From assembly GCA_964016885.1 (NCBI GenBank), contig OZ024742.1, positions 368,714,001-368,778,000 on the forward strand: a stretch of 64,000 bases of DNA. Direction: 5' to 3'. A program made the position numbers and the translations under genes. Positions 30,001-45,000 of the stretch are shown here, piece by piece (within the stretch, counting starts at the first letter, position 1; each line of letters starts with the position of its first letter). This DNA is from Eledone cirrhosa (Eukaryota). The notes beneath the pieces are model-generated. The model searched no databases. It was not told the origin of the DNA and saw nothing but the letters and a program-made list of their open reading frames with translations.

Positions 30001-33000
30001 AATGTTTCAAGTCTACTAATAAACAGATCCTACAAGACACCTTATTCCAATGTTTCAAGTCTACTAATAAACAGATTCTACAAGACACCCTATTCCAATG
30101 TTCCGAGTCTACCAATAAACAGATCCTACAAGACACCCTATTCCAATGTTCCAAGTCTACCAATAAACAGATTCTACAAGACACCCTATTCCAATGTTCC
30201 GAGTCTACCAATAAACAGATCCTACAAGACACCTTATTCCAATGTTTCAAGTCTACCAATAAACAGATTCTACAAGACACCTTATTCCAATGTTCCGAGT
30301 CTACCAATAAACAGATCCTACAAGACACCTTATTCCAATGTTCCAAGTCTACCAATAAACAGATCCTACAAGACACCCTATTCCAATGTTCCAAGTCTAC
30401 CAATAAACAGATCCTACAAGACACCTTATTCCAATGTTCCGAGTCTACCAATAAACAGATCCTACAAGACACCCTATTCCAATGTTACGAGTCTACCAAT
30501 AAACAGATCCTACAAGACACCCTATTCCAATGTTCCAAGTCTACCAATAAACAGATCCTACAAGACACCCTACTCCAATGTTCCAAGTCTACCAATAAAC
30601 AGATTCTACAAGACACCCTATTCCAATGTTCCAAGTCTACCAATAAACAGATCCTACAAGACACCCTATTCCAATGTTCCGAGTCTACCAATAAACAGAT
30701 CCTACAAGACACCCTATTCCAATGTTCCGAGTCTACCAATAAACAGATCCTACAAGACACCCTATTCAAATGTTCCAAGTCTACCAATAAACAGATCCTA
30801 CAAGACACCCTATTCGAAGGTTCCAAGTCTACCAATAAACAGATCCTACAAGACACCCTATTCGAATGTTCCAAGTCTACGAATAAACAGATGCTACAAG
30901 ACACCCTATTCCAATGTTCCGAGTCTACCAATAAACAGATCCTACAAGACACCCTATTCAAATGTTCCAAGTCTACCAATAAACAGATCCTACAAGACAC
31001 CCTATTCGAATGTTCCAAGTCTACCAATAAACAGATCCTACAAGACACCCTATTCTAATGTTCCAAGTCTACCAATAAACAGATCCTACAAGACACCCTA
31101 TTCCAATGTTTCAAGTCTACCAATAAACAGATCCTACAAGACACCCTATTCCAATGTTCCAAGTCTACCAATAAACAGATTATACAAGACACCTTATTCG
31201 AAGTCTACCAATAAACAGATCCTACAAGACACCCTATTCCAATGTTTCAAGTCTACCAATAAACAGATTCTTCAAGACACCTTATTCGAAGTCTACCAAT
31301 AAACAAATCCTACAAGACACCCTATTCCAATGTTCCGAGTCTACCAATAAACAGATCCTACAAGACACCCTATTCCAATGTTTCAAGTCTACCAATAAAC
31401 AGATTCTACAAGACACCTTATTCGAAGTCTACCAATAAACAGATCCTACAAGACACCTTATTCCAATGTTTCAAGTCTACCAATAAACAGATTCTACAAG
31501 ACACCTTATTCCAATGTTTCAAGTCTACTAATAAACAGATTCTACAAGACACCTTATTCCAATGTTTCAAGTCTACTAATAAACAGATCCTACAAGACAC
31601 CTTATTCCAATGTTTCAAGTCTACCAATAAACAGATCCTACAAGACACCCTATTCCAATGTTCCGAGTCTACCAATAAACAGATCCTACAAGACACCTTA
31701 TTCCAATGTTCCAAGTCTACCAATAAACAGATCCTACAAGACACCCTATTCCAATGTTCCGAGTCCACCAATAAACAGATCCTACAAGACACCCTATTCA
31801 AATGTTCCAAGTCTACCAATAAACAGATCCTACAAGACACCCTATTCAAATGTTCCGAGTCTACCAATAAACAGATCCTACAAGACACCCTATTCCAATG
31901 TTTCAAGTCTACCAATAAACAGATCCTACAAGACACCCTATTCCAATGTTCCAAGTCTACCAATAAACAAATCCTACAAGACACCCTATTCCAATGTTCC
32001 GAGTCTACCAATAAACAGATCCTACAAGACACCCTATTCCAATGTTTCAAGTCTACCAATAAACAGATTCTACCAGACACCTTATTCGAAGTCTACCAAT
32101 AAACAGATCCTACAAGACACCTTATTCCAATGTTTCAAGTCTACCAATAAACAGATTCTACAAGACACCTTATTCCAATGTTTCAAGTCTACTAATAAAC
32201 AGATTCTACAAGACACCTTATTCCAATGTTTCAAGTCTACTAATAAACAGATCCTACAAGACACCTTATTCCAATGTTTCAAGCCTACCAATAAACAGAT
32301 TCTACCAGACACCTTATTCGAAGTCTACCAATAAACAGATCCTACAAGACACCTTATTCCAATGTTTCAAGTCTACCAATAAACAGATTCTACAAGACAC
32401 CTTATTCCAATGTTTCAAGTCTACTAATAAACAGATCCTACAAGACACCTTATTCCAATGTTTCAAGTCTACCAATAAACAGATCCTACAAGACACCCTA
32501 TTCAAATGTTCCAAGTCTACCAATAAACAGATCCTACAAGACACCCTATTCCAATGTTCCAAGTCTACCAATAAACAGATCCTACAAGACACCTTATTCC
32601 AATGTTCCGAGTCTACCAATAAACAGATCCTACAAGACACCTTATTCCAATGTTCCAAGTCTACCAATAAACAGATCCTACAAGACACCCTATTCCAATG
32701 TTCCGAGTCTACCAATAAACAGATCCTACAAGACACCTTATTCCAATGTTCCAAGTCTACCAATAAACAGATCCTACGAGACACCCTATTCAAATGTTCC
32801 AAGTCTACCAATAAACAGATCCTACAAGACACCCTATTCGAATGTTCCGAGTCTACCAATAAACAGATCCTACAAGACACCCTATTCAAATGTTCCAAGT
32901 CTACCAATAAACAGATCCTACAAGACACCCTATTCCAATGTTCCAAGTCTACCAATAAACAGATCCTACAAGACACCTTATTCCAATGTTCCAAGTCTAC

Positions 33001-36000
33001 CAATAAACATATCCTACAAGACACCCTATTCCAATGTTCCAAGTCTACCAATAAACAGATTCTACAAGACAACCTATTCCAATGTTTCAAGTCTACTAAT
33101 AAACAGATCCTACAAGACACCCTATTCCAATGTTTCAAGTCTACCAATAAACAGATCCTACAAGACACCTTATTCCAATGTTCCAAGTCTACCAATAAAC
33201 ATATCCTACAAGACACCCTATTCCAATGTTCCAAGTCTACCAATAAACAGATTCTACAAGACACCCTATTCCAATGTTTCAAGTCTACCAATAAACAGAT
33301 TCTACAAGACACCTTATTCCAATGTTCCGAGTCTACCAATAAACAGATCCTACAAGACACCCTATTCAAATGTTCCGAGTCTACCAATAAACAGATCCTA
33401 CAAGACACCTTATTCCAATGTTCCAAGTCTACCAATAAACAGATCCAAACAAGACACCCTATTCCAATGTTCCGAGTCTACCAATAAACAGATCCTACAA
33501 GACACCCTATTCCAATGTTCCAAGTCTACCAATAAACAGATCCTACAAGACACCCTATTCCAATGTTCCAAGTCTACCAATAAACAGATCCTACAAGACA
33601 CCCTATTCCAATGTTCCAAGTCTACCAATAAACAGATCCTACAAGACACCCTATTCCAATGTTCCAAGTCTACCAATAAACATATCCTACAAGACACCCT
33701 ATTCCAATGTTCCAAGTCTACCAATAAACAGATCCTACAAGACACCCTATTCCAATGTTTCAAGTCTACCAATAAACAGATCCTACAAGACACCCTATTC
33801 CAATGTTTCAAGTCTACCAATAAACATATCCTACAAGACACCCTATTCCAATGTTCCGAGTCTACCAATAAACAGATCCTACAAGACACCCTATTCAAAT
33901 GTTCCGAGTCTACCAATAAACAGATCCTACAAGACACCTTATTCCAATGTTCCAAGTCTACCAATAAACAGATCCAAACAAGACACCCTATTCCAATGTT
34001 CCGAGTCTACCAATAAACAGATCCTACAAGACACCCTATTCCAATGTTCCAAGTCTACCAATAAACAGATCCTACAAGACACCCTATTCCAATGTTCCAA
34101 GTCTACCAATAAACAGATCCTACAAGACACCCTATTCCAATGTTCCAAGTCTACCAATAAACAGATTCTACAAGACACCCTATTCCAATGTTTCAAGTCT
34201 ACCAATAAACAGATTCTACAAGACACCTTATTCCAATGTTCCGAGTCTACCAATAAACAGATCCTACAAGACACCCTATTCAAATGTTCCGAGTCTACCA
34301 ATAAACAGATCCTACAAGACACCTTATTCCAATGTTCCAAGTCTACCAATAAACAGATCCAAACAAGACACCCTATTCCAATGTTCCGAGTCTACCAATA
34401 AACAGATCCTACAAGACACCCTATTCCAATGTTCCAAGTCTACCAATAAACAGATCCTACAAGACACCCTATTCCAATGTTCCAAGTCTACCAATAAACA
34501 GATCCTACAAGACACCCTATTCCAATGTTCCAAGTCTACCAATAAACAGATCCTACAAGACACCCTATTCCAATGTTCCAAGTCTACCAATAAACATATC
34601 CTACAAGACACCCTATTCCAATGTTCCAAGTCTACCAATAAACAGATCCTACAAGACACCCTATTCCAATGTTTCAAGTCTACCAATAAACAGATCCTAC
34701 AAGACACCCTATTCCAATGTTTCAAGTCTACCAATAAACATATCCTACAAGACACCCTATTCCAATGTTCCGAGTCTACCAATAAACAGATCCTACAAGA
34801 CACCCTATTCAAATGTTCCGAGTCTACCAATAAACAGATCCTACAAGACACCTTATTCCAATGTTCCAAGTCTACCAATAAACAGATCCAAACAAGACAC
34901 CCTATTCCAATGTTCCGAGTCTACCAATAAACAGATCCTACAAGACACCCTATTCCAATGTTCCAAGTCTACCAATAAACAGATCCTACAAGACACCCTA
35001 TTCCAATGTTCCAAGTCTACCAATAAACAGATCCTACAAGACACCCTATTCCAATGTTCCAAGTCTACCAATAAACAGATCCTACAAGACACCCTATTCC
35101 AATGTTCCAAGTCTACCAATAAACATATCCTACAAGACACCCTATTCCAATGTTCCAAGTCTACCAATAAACAGATCCTACAAGACACCCTATTCCAATG
35201 TTTCAAGTCTACCAATAAACAGATCCTACAAGACACCCTATTCCAATGTTTCAAGTCTACCAATAAACAGATCCTACAAGACACCCTATTCCAATGTTCC
35301 AAGTCTACCAATAAACAGATCCTACAAGACACCCTATTCCAATGTTCCAAGTCTACTAATAAACAGATCCTACAAGACACCTTATTCCAATGTTTCAAGT
35401 CTACCAATAAACAGATTCTACAAGACACCTTATTCCAATGTTTCAAGTCTACTAATAAACAGATTCTACAAGACACCCTATTCCAATGTTCCGAGTCTAC
35501 CAATAAACAGATCCTACAAGACACCCTATTCCAATGTTCCAAGTCTACCAATAAACAGATCCTACAAGACACCCTATTCCAATGTTCCAAGTCTACTAAT
35601 AAACAGATCCTACAAGACACCTTATTCCAATGTTTCAAGTCTACCAATAAACAGATTCTACAAGACACCTTATTCCAATGTTTCAAGTCTACTAATAAAC
35701 AGATTCTACAAGACACCCTATTCCAATGTTCCGAGTCTACCAATAAACAGATCCTACAAGACACCCTATTCCAATGTTCCAAGTCTACCAATAAACAGAT
35801 TCTACAAGACACCCTATTCAAATGTTCCGAGTCTACCAATAAACAGATCCTACAAGACACCTTATTCCAATGTTTCAAGTCTACCAATAAACAGATTCTA
35901 CAAGACACCTTATTCCAATGTTCCGAGTCTACCAATAAACAGATCCTACAAGACACCTTATTCCAATGTTCCAAGTCTACCAATAAACAGATCCTACAAG

Positions 36001-39000
36001 ACACGCTATTCCAATGTTCCAAGTCTACCAATAAACAGATCCTACAAGACACCTTATTCCAATGTTCCGAGTCTACCAATAAACAGATCCTACAAAACAC
36101 CCTATTCCAATGTTACGAGTCTACCAATAAACAGATCCTACAAGACACCCTATTCCAATGTTCCAAGTCTACCAATAAACAGATCCTACAAGACACCCTA
36201 CTCCAATGTTCCAAGTCTACCAATAAACAGATTCTACAAGACACCCTATTCCAATGTTCCAAGTCTAACAATAAACAGATCCTACAAGACACCCTATTCC
36301 AATGTTCCGAGTCTACCAATAAACAGATCCTACAAGACACCCTATTCCAATGTTCCGAGTCTACCAATAAACAGATCCTACAAGACACCCTATTCAAATG
36401 TTCCAAGTCTACCAATAAACAGATCCTACAAGACACCCTATTCGAAGGTTCCAAGTCTACCAATAAACAGATCCTACAAGACACCCTATTCGAATGTTCC
36501 AAGTCTACGAATAAACAGATGCTACAAGACACCCTATTCCAATGTTCCGAGTCTACCAATAAACAGATCCTACAAGACACCCTATTCAAATGTTCCAAGT
36601 CTACCAATAAACACATCCTACAAGACACCCTATTCGAATGTTCCAAGTCTACCAATAAACAGATCCTACAAGACACCCTATTCTAATGTTCCAAATCTAC
36701 CAATAAACAGATCCTACAAGACACCCTATTCCAATGTTTCAAGTCTACCAATAAACAGATCCTACAAGACACCCTATTCCAATGTTCCAAGTCTACCAAT
36801 AAACAAATCCTACAAGACACCCTATTCCAATGTTCCGAGTCTACCAATAAACAGATCCTACAAGACACCCTATTCCAATGTTTCAAGTCTACCAATAAAC
36901 AGATTATACAAGACACCTTATTCGAAGTCTACCAATAAACAGATCCTACAAGACACCCTATTCCAATGTTTCAAGTCTACCAATAAACAGATTCTTCAAG
37001 ACACCTTATTCGAAGTCTACCAATAAACAAATCCTACAAGACACCCTATTCCAATGTTCCGAGTCTACCAATAAACAGATCCTACAAGACACCCTATTCC
37101 AATGTTTCAAGTCTACCAATAAACAGATTCTACAAGACACCTTATTCGAAGTCTACCAATAAACAGATCCTACAAGACACCTTATTCCAATGTTTCAAGT
37201 CTACCAATAAACAGATTCTACAAGACACCTTATTCCAATGTTTCAAGTCTACTAATAAACAGATCCTACAAGACACCTTATTCCAATGTTTCAAGTCTAC
37301 CAATAAACAGATCCTACAAGACACCCTATTCCAATGTTCCGAGTCTACCAATAAACAGATCCTACAAGACACCTTATTCCAATGTTCCAAGTCTACCAAT
37401 AAACAGATCCTACAAGACACCCTATTCCAATGTTCCGAGTCCACCAATAAACAGATCCTACAAGACACCCTATTCCAATGTTCCAAGTCTAACAATAAAC
37501 AGATCCTACAAGACACCCTATTCCAATGTTCCAAGTCTACCAATAAACAGAGCCTACAAGGCACCTTATTCCAATGTTCCAAGTCTACCAATAAACAGAT
37601 CCTACAAGCTACCTTATTCCAATGTTCCAAGTCTACCAATAAACATATCCTACAAGACACCCTATTCCAATGTTCCAAGTCTACCAATAAACAGATCCTA
37701 CAAGACACCATATTCCAATGTTCCAAGTCTACCAATAAACAGATCCTACAAGACACCCTATTCCAATGTTCCAAGTCTACCAATAAACATATCCTACAAG
37801 ACACCCTATTCCCATGTTCCGAGTCTACCAATAAACAGATCCTACAAGACACCCTATTCCAATGTTTCAAGTCTACCAATAAACAGATTCTACAAGACAC
37901 CTTATTCCAATGTTTCAAGTCTACCAATAAACAGATCGTACAAGACACCCTATTCAAATGTTCCGAGTCTACCAATAAACAGATTCTACAAGACACCCTA
38001 TTCCAATGTTCCGAGTCTACCAATAAACAGATCCTACAAGACACCCTATTCCAATGTTCCAAGTCTACCAATAAACAGATCCTACAAGACACCTTATTCC
38101 AATGTTCCAAGTCTACCAATAAACAGATCCTACAAGACACCCTATTCCAATGTTCCGAGTCCACCAATAAACAGATCCTACAAGACACCTTATTCCAATG
38201 TTCCAAGTCTACCAATAAACATATCCTACAAGACACCCTATTCCAATGTTCCAAGTCTACCAATAAACAGATCCTACAAGACACCCTATTCCAATGTTCC
38301 AAGTCTACCAATAAACAGATCCTACAAGACACCCTATTCAAATGTTCTGAGTCTACCAATAAACAGATCCTACAAGACACCTTATTCCAATGTTCCAAGT
38401 CTACCAATAAACAGACCCTACAAGACACCCTATTCCAATGTTCCAAGTCTACCAATAAACATATCCTACAAGACACCCTATTCCAATGTTCCAAGTCTAC
38501 CAATAAACAGATCCTACAAGACACCCTATTCAAATGTTCCGAGTCTACCAATAAACAGATTCTACAAGACACCCTATTCCAATGTTCCGAGTCTACCAAT
38601 AAACAGATCCTACAAGACACCCTATTCCAATGTTCCAAGTCTACCAATAAACAGATCCTACAAGACACCTTATTCCAATGTTCCAAGTCTACCAATAAAC
38701 AGATCCTACAAGACACCCTATTCCAATGTTCCGAGTCCACCAATAAACAGATCCTACAAGACACCTTATTCCAATGTTCCAAGTCTACCAATAAACATAT
38801 CCTACAAGACACCCTATTCCAATGTTCCAAGTCTACCAATAAACAGATCCTACAAGACACCCTATTCCAATGTTCCAAGTCTACCAATAAACAGATCCTA
38901 CAAGACACCCTATTCAAATGTTCTGAGTCTACCAATAAACAGATCCTACAAGACACCTTATTCCAATGTTCCAAGTCTACCAATAAACAGATCCTACAAG

Positions 39001-42000
39001 ACACCCTATTCCAATGTTCCAAGTCTACCAATAAACATATCCTACAAGACACCCTATTCCAATGTTCCGAGTCTACAAATAAACAGATCCTACAAGACAT
39101 CCTATTCCAATGTTCCAAGTCTACCAATAAACAGATCCTACAAGACACCCTATTCCAATGTTTCAAGTCTGCCAATAAACAGATCCTACAAGACACCCTA
39201 TTCCAATGTTCCAAGTCTACCAATAAACAAATCCTACAAGACACCCTATTCCAATGTTCCGAGTCTACCAATAAACAGATCCTACAAGACACCCTATTCC
39301 AATGTTTCAAGTCTACCAATAAACAGATTATACAAGACACCTTATTCGAAGTCTACCAATAAACAGATCCTACAAGACACCCTATTCCAATGTTTCAAGT
39401 CTACCAATAAACAGATTCTTCAAGACACCTTATTCGAAGTCTACCAATAAACAAATCCTACAAGACACCCTATTCCAATGTTCCAAGTCTACCAATAAAC
39501 AGATCCTACAAGACACCTTATTCCAATGTTCCAAGTCTACCAATAAACATATCCTACAAGACACCCTATTCCAATGTTCCAAGTCTACCAATAAACAGAT
39601 TCTACAAGACAACCTATTCCAATGTTTCAAGTCTACTAATAAACAGATCCTACAAGACACCCTATTCCAATGTTTCAAGTCTACCAATAAACAGATCCTA
39701 CAAGACACCTTATTCCAATGTTCCAAGTCTACCAATAAACATATCCTACAAGACACCCTATTCCAATGTTCCAAGTCTACCAATAAACAGATTCTACAAG
39801 ACACCCTATTCCAATGTTTCAAGTCTACCAATAAACAGATTCTACAAGACACCTTATTCCAATGTTCCGAGTCTACCAATAAACAGATCCTACAAGACAC
39901 CCTATTCAAATGTTCCGAGTCTACCAATAAACAGATCCTACAAGACACCTTATTCCAATGTTCCAAGTCTACCAATAAACAGATCCAAACAAGACACCCT
40001 ATTCCAATGTTCCGAGTCTACCAATAAACAGATCCTACAAGACACCCTATTCCAATGTTCCAAGTCTACCAATAAACAGATCCTACAAGACACCCTATTC
40101 CAATGTTCCAAGTCTACCAATAAACAGATCCTACAAGACACCCTATTCCAATGTTCCAAGTCTACCAATAAACAGATCCTACAAGACACCCTATTCCAAT
40201 GTTCCAAGTCTACCAATAAACATATCCTACAAGACACCCTATTCCAATGTTCCAAGTCTACCAATAAACAGATCCTACAAGACACCCTATTCCAATGTTT
40301 CAAGTCTACCAATAAACAGATCCTACAAGACACCCTATTCCAATGTTTCAAGTCTACCAATAAACATATCCTACAAGACACCCTATTCCAATGTTCCGAG
40401 TCTACCAATAAACAGATCCTACAAGACACCCTATTCAAATGTTCCGAGTCTACCAATAAACAGATCCTACAAGACACCTTATTCCAATGTTCCAAGTCTA
40501 CCAATAAACAGATCCAAACAAGACACCCTATTCCAATGTTCCGAGTCTACCAATAAACAGATCCTACAAGACACCCTATTCCAATGTTCCAAGTCTACCA
40601 ATAAACAGATCCTACAAGACACCCTATTCCAATGTTCCAAGTCTACCAATAAACAGATCCTACAAGACACCCTATTCCAATGTTCCAAGTCTACCAATAA
40701 ACAGATCCTACAAGACACCCTATTCCAATGTTCCAAGTCTACCAATAAACATATCCTACAAGACACCCTATTCCAATGTTCCAAGTCTACCAATAAACAG
40801 ATCCTACAAGACACCCTATTCCAATGTTTCAAGTCTACCAATAAACAGATCCTACAAGACACCCTATTCCAATGTTTCAAGTCTACCAATAAACAGATCC
40901 TACAAGACACCCTATTCCAATGTTCCAAGTCTACCAATAAACAGATCCTACAAGACACCCTATTCAAATGTTCTGAGTCTACCAATAAACAGATCCTACA
41001 AGACACCTTATTCCAATGTTCCAAGTCTACCAATAAACAGATCCTACAAGACACCCTATTCCAATGTTCCGAGTCTACGAATAAACAGATCCTACAAGAC
41101 ACCCTATTCCAATGTTCCAAGTCTACCAATAAACAGATCCTACAAGACACCCTATTCCAATGTTCCAAGTCTACCAATAAACAGATCCTACAAGACACCT
41201 TATTCCAATGTTCCAAGTCTAGCAATAAACAGATCCTACAAGACACCCTATTCCAATGTTCCAAGTCTACCAATAAACATATCCTACAAGACACCCTATT
41301 CCAATGTTCCAAGTCTACCAATAAACAGATTCTACAAGACACCTTATTCCAATGTTCTGAGTCTACCAATAAACAGATCCTACAAGACACCTTATTCCAA
41401 TGTTCCAAGTCTACCAATAAACAGATCCTACAAGACACCCTATTCCAATGTTCCGAGTCTACAAATAAACAGATCCTACAAGACATCCTATTCCAATGTT
41501 CCAAGTCTACCAATAAACAGATCCTACAAGAGACCCTATTCCAATGTTTCAAGTCTGCCAATAAACAGATCCTACAAGACACCCTATTCCAATGTTCCAA
41601 GTCTACCAATAAACAAATCCTACAAGACACCCTATTCCAATGTTCCGAGTCTACCAATAAACAGATCCTACAAGACACCCTATTCCAATGTTTCAAGTCT
41701 ACCAATAAACAGATTATAGAAGACACCTTATTCGAAGTCTACCAATAAACAGATCCTACAAGACACCCTATTCCAATGTTTCAAGTCTACCAATAAACAG
41801 ATTCTTCAAGACACCTTATTCGAAGTCTACCAATAAACAAATCCTACAAGACACCCTATTCCAATGTTCCAAGTCTACCAATAAACAGATCCTACAAGAC
41901 ACCTTATTCCAATGTTCCAAGTCTACCAATAAACATATCCTACAAGACACCCTATTCCAATGTTCCAAGTCTACCAATAAACAGATTCTACAAGACAACC

Positions 42001-45000
42001 TATTCCAATGTTTCAAGTCTACTAATAAACAGATCCTACAAGACACCCTATTCCAATGTTTCAAGTCTACCAATAAACAGATCCTACAAGACACCTTATT
42101 CCAATGTTCCAAGTCTACCAATAAACATATCCTACAAGACACCCTATTCCAATGTTTCAAGTCTACCAATAAACAGATCCTACAAGACACCTTATTCCAA
42201 TGTTCCAAGTCTACCAATAAACAGATTCTACAAGACACCCTATTCCAATGTTTCAAGTCTACCAATAAACAGATTCTACAAGACACCTTATTCCAATGTT
42301 CCGAGTCTACCAATAAACAGATCCTACAAGACACCCTATTCAAATGTTCCGAGTCTACCAATAAACAGATCCTACAAGACACCTTATTCCAATGTTCCAA
42401 GTCTACCAATAAACAGATCCAAACAAGACACCCTATTCCAATGTTCCGAGTCTACCAATAAACAGATCCTACAAGACACCCTATTCCAATGTTCCAAGTC
42501 TACCAATAAACAGATCCTACAAGACACCCTATTCCAATGTTCCAAGTCTACCAATAAACAGATCCTACAAGACACCCTATTCCAATGTTCCAAGTCTACC
42601 AATAAACAGATCCTACAAGACACCCTATTCCAATGTTCCAAGTCTACCAATAAACATATCCTACAAGACACCCTATTCCAATGTTCCAAGTCTACCAATA
42701 AACAGATCCTACAAGACACCCTATTCCAATGTTTCAAGTCTACCAATAAACAGATCCTACAAGACACCCTATTCCAATGTTCCAAGTCTACCAATAAACA
42801 GATCCTACAAGACACCCTATTCAAATGTTCTGAGTCTACCAATAAACAGATCCTACAAGACACCTTATTCCAATGTTCCAAGTCTACCAATAAACAGATC
42901 CTACAAGACACCCTATTCCAATGTTCCGAGTCTACGAATAAACAGATCCTACAAGACACCCTATTCCAATGTTCCAAGTCTACCAATAAACAGATCCTAC
43001 AAGACACCCTATTCCAATGTTCCAAGTCTACCAATAAACAGATCCTACAAGACACCTTATTCCAATGTTCCAAGTCTAGCAATAAACAGATCCTACAAGA
43101 CACCCTATTCCAATGTTTCAAGTCTACCAATAAACAGATCCTACAAGACACCTTATTCCAATGTTCCGAGTCTACCAATAAACAGATCCTACAAGACACC
43201 CTATTCCAATGTTCCGAGTCTACCAATAAACAGATCCTACAAGACACCCTATTCCAATGTTCCAAGTCTACCAATAAACAGATCCTACAAGACACCCTAT
43301 TCCAATGTTTCAAGTCTACCAATAAACAGATCCTACAAGACACCCTATTCCAATGTTCCGAGTCTACCAATAAACAGATCCTACAAGACACCCTATTCCA
43401 ATGTTCCGAGTCTACCAATAAACAGATCCTACAAGACACCCTATTCCAATGTTTCAAGTCTACCAATAAACAGATCCTACAAGACACCCTATTCGAATGT
43501 TCCGAGTCTACCAATAAACAGATCCTACAAGACACCCTATTCCAATGTTCCAAGTCTACCAATAAACAGATCCTACAAAACACCCTATTCCAATGTTCCA
43601 AGTCTACCAATAAACACATTCTACAAGACACCCTATTCCAATGTTCCAAGTCTACCAATAAACAGATCCTACAAGACACCCTATTCCAATGTTTCAAGTC
43701 TACCAATAAACAGATCCTACAAGACACCCTATTCCAATGTTTCAAGTCTACCAATAAACAGATTCTACAAGACACCTTATTCCAAGTCTACCAATAAACA
43801 GATCCTACAAGACACCCTATTCCAATGTTTCAAGTCTACCAATAAACAGATTCTACAAGACACCTTATTCCAAGTCTACCAATAAACAGATCCTACAAGA
43901 CACCCTATTCCAATGTTCCAAGTCTACCAATAAACAGATCCTACAAGACACCCTATTCCAATGTTCCAAGTCTACTAATAAACAGATCCTACAAGACACC
44001 TTATTCCAATGTTTCAAGTCTACCAATAAACAGATTCTACAAGACACCTTATTCCAATGTTTCAAGTCTACCAATAAACAGATCCTACAAGACACCCTAT
44101 TCCAATGTTTCAAGTCTACTAATAAACAGATCCTACAAGACACCTTATTCCAATGTTTCAAGTCTACTAATAAACAGATTCTACAAGACACCCTATTCCA
44201 ATGTTCCGAGTCTACCAATAAACAGATCCTACAAGACACCCTATTCCAATGTTCCAAGTCTACCAATAAACAGATTCTACAAGACACCCTATTCCAATGT
44301 TCCGAGTCTACCAATAAACAGATCCTACAAGACACCTTATTCCAATGTTTCAAGTCTACCAATAAACAGATTCTACAAGACACCTTATTCCAATGTTCCG
44401 AGTCTACCAATAAACAGATCCTACAAGACACCTTATTCCAATGTTCCAAGTCTACCAATAAACAGATCCTACAAGACACCCTATTCCAATGTTCCAAGTC
44501 TACCAATAAACAGATCCTACAAGACACCTTATTCCAATGTTCCGAGTCTACCAATAAACAGATCCTACAAGACACCCTATTCCAATGTTACGAGTCTACC
44601 AATAAACAGATCCTACAAGACACCCTATTCCAATGTTCCAAGTCTACCAATAAACAGATCCTACAAGACACCCTACTCCAATGTTCCAAGTCTACCAATA
44701 AACAGATTCTACAAGACACCCTATTCCAATGTTCCAAGTCTACCAATAAACAGATCCTACAAGACACCCTATTCCAATGTTCCGAGTCTACCAATAAACA
44801 GATCCTACAAGACACCCTATTCCAATGTTCCGAGTCTACCAATAAACAGATCCTACAAGACACCCTATTCAAATGTTCCAAGTCTACCAATAAACAGATC
44901 CTACAAGACACCCTATTCGAAGGTTCCAAGTCTACCAATAAACAGATCCTACAAGACACCCTATTCGAATGTTCCAAGTCTACGAATAAACAGATGCTAC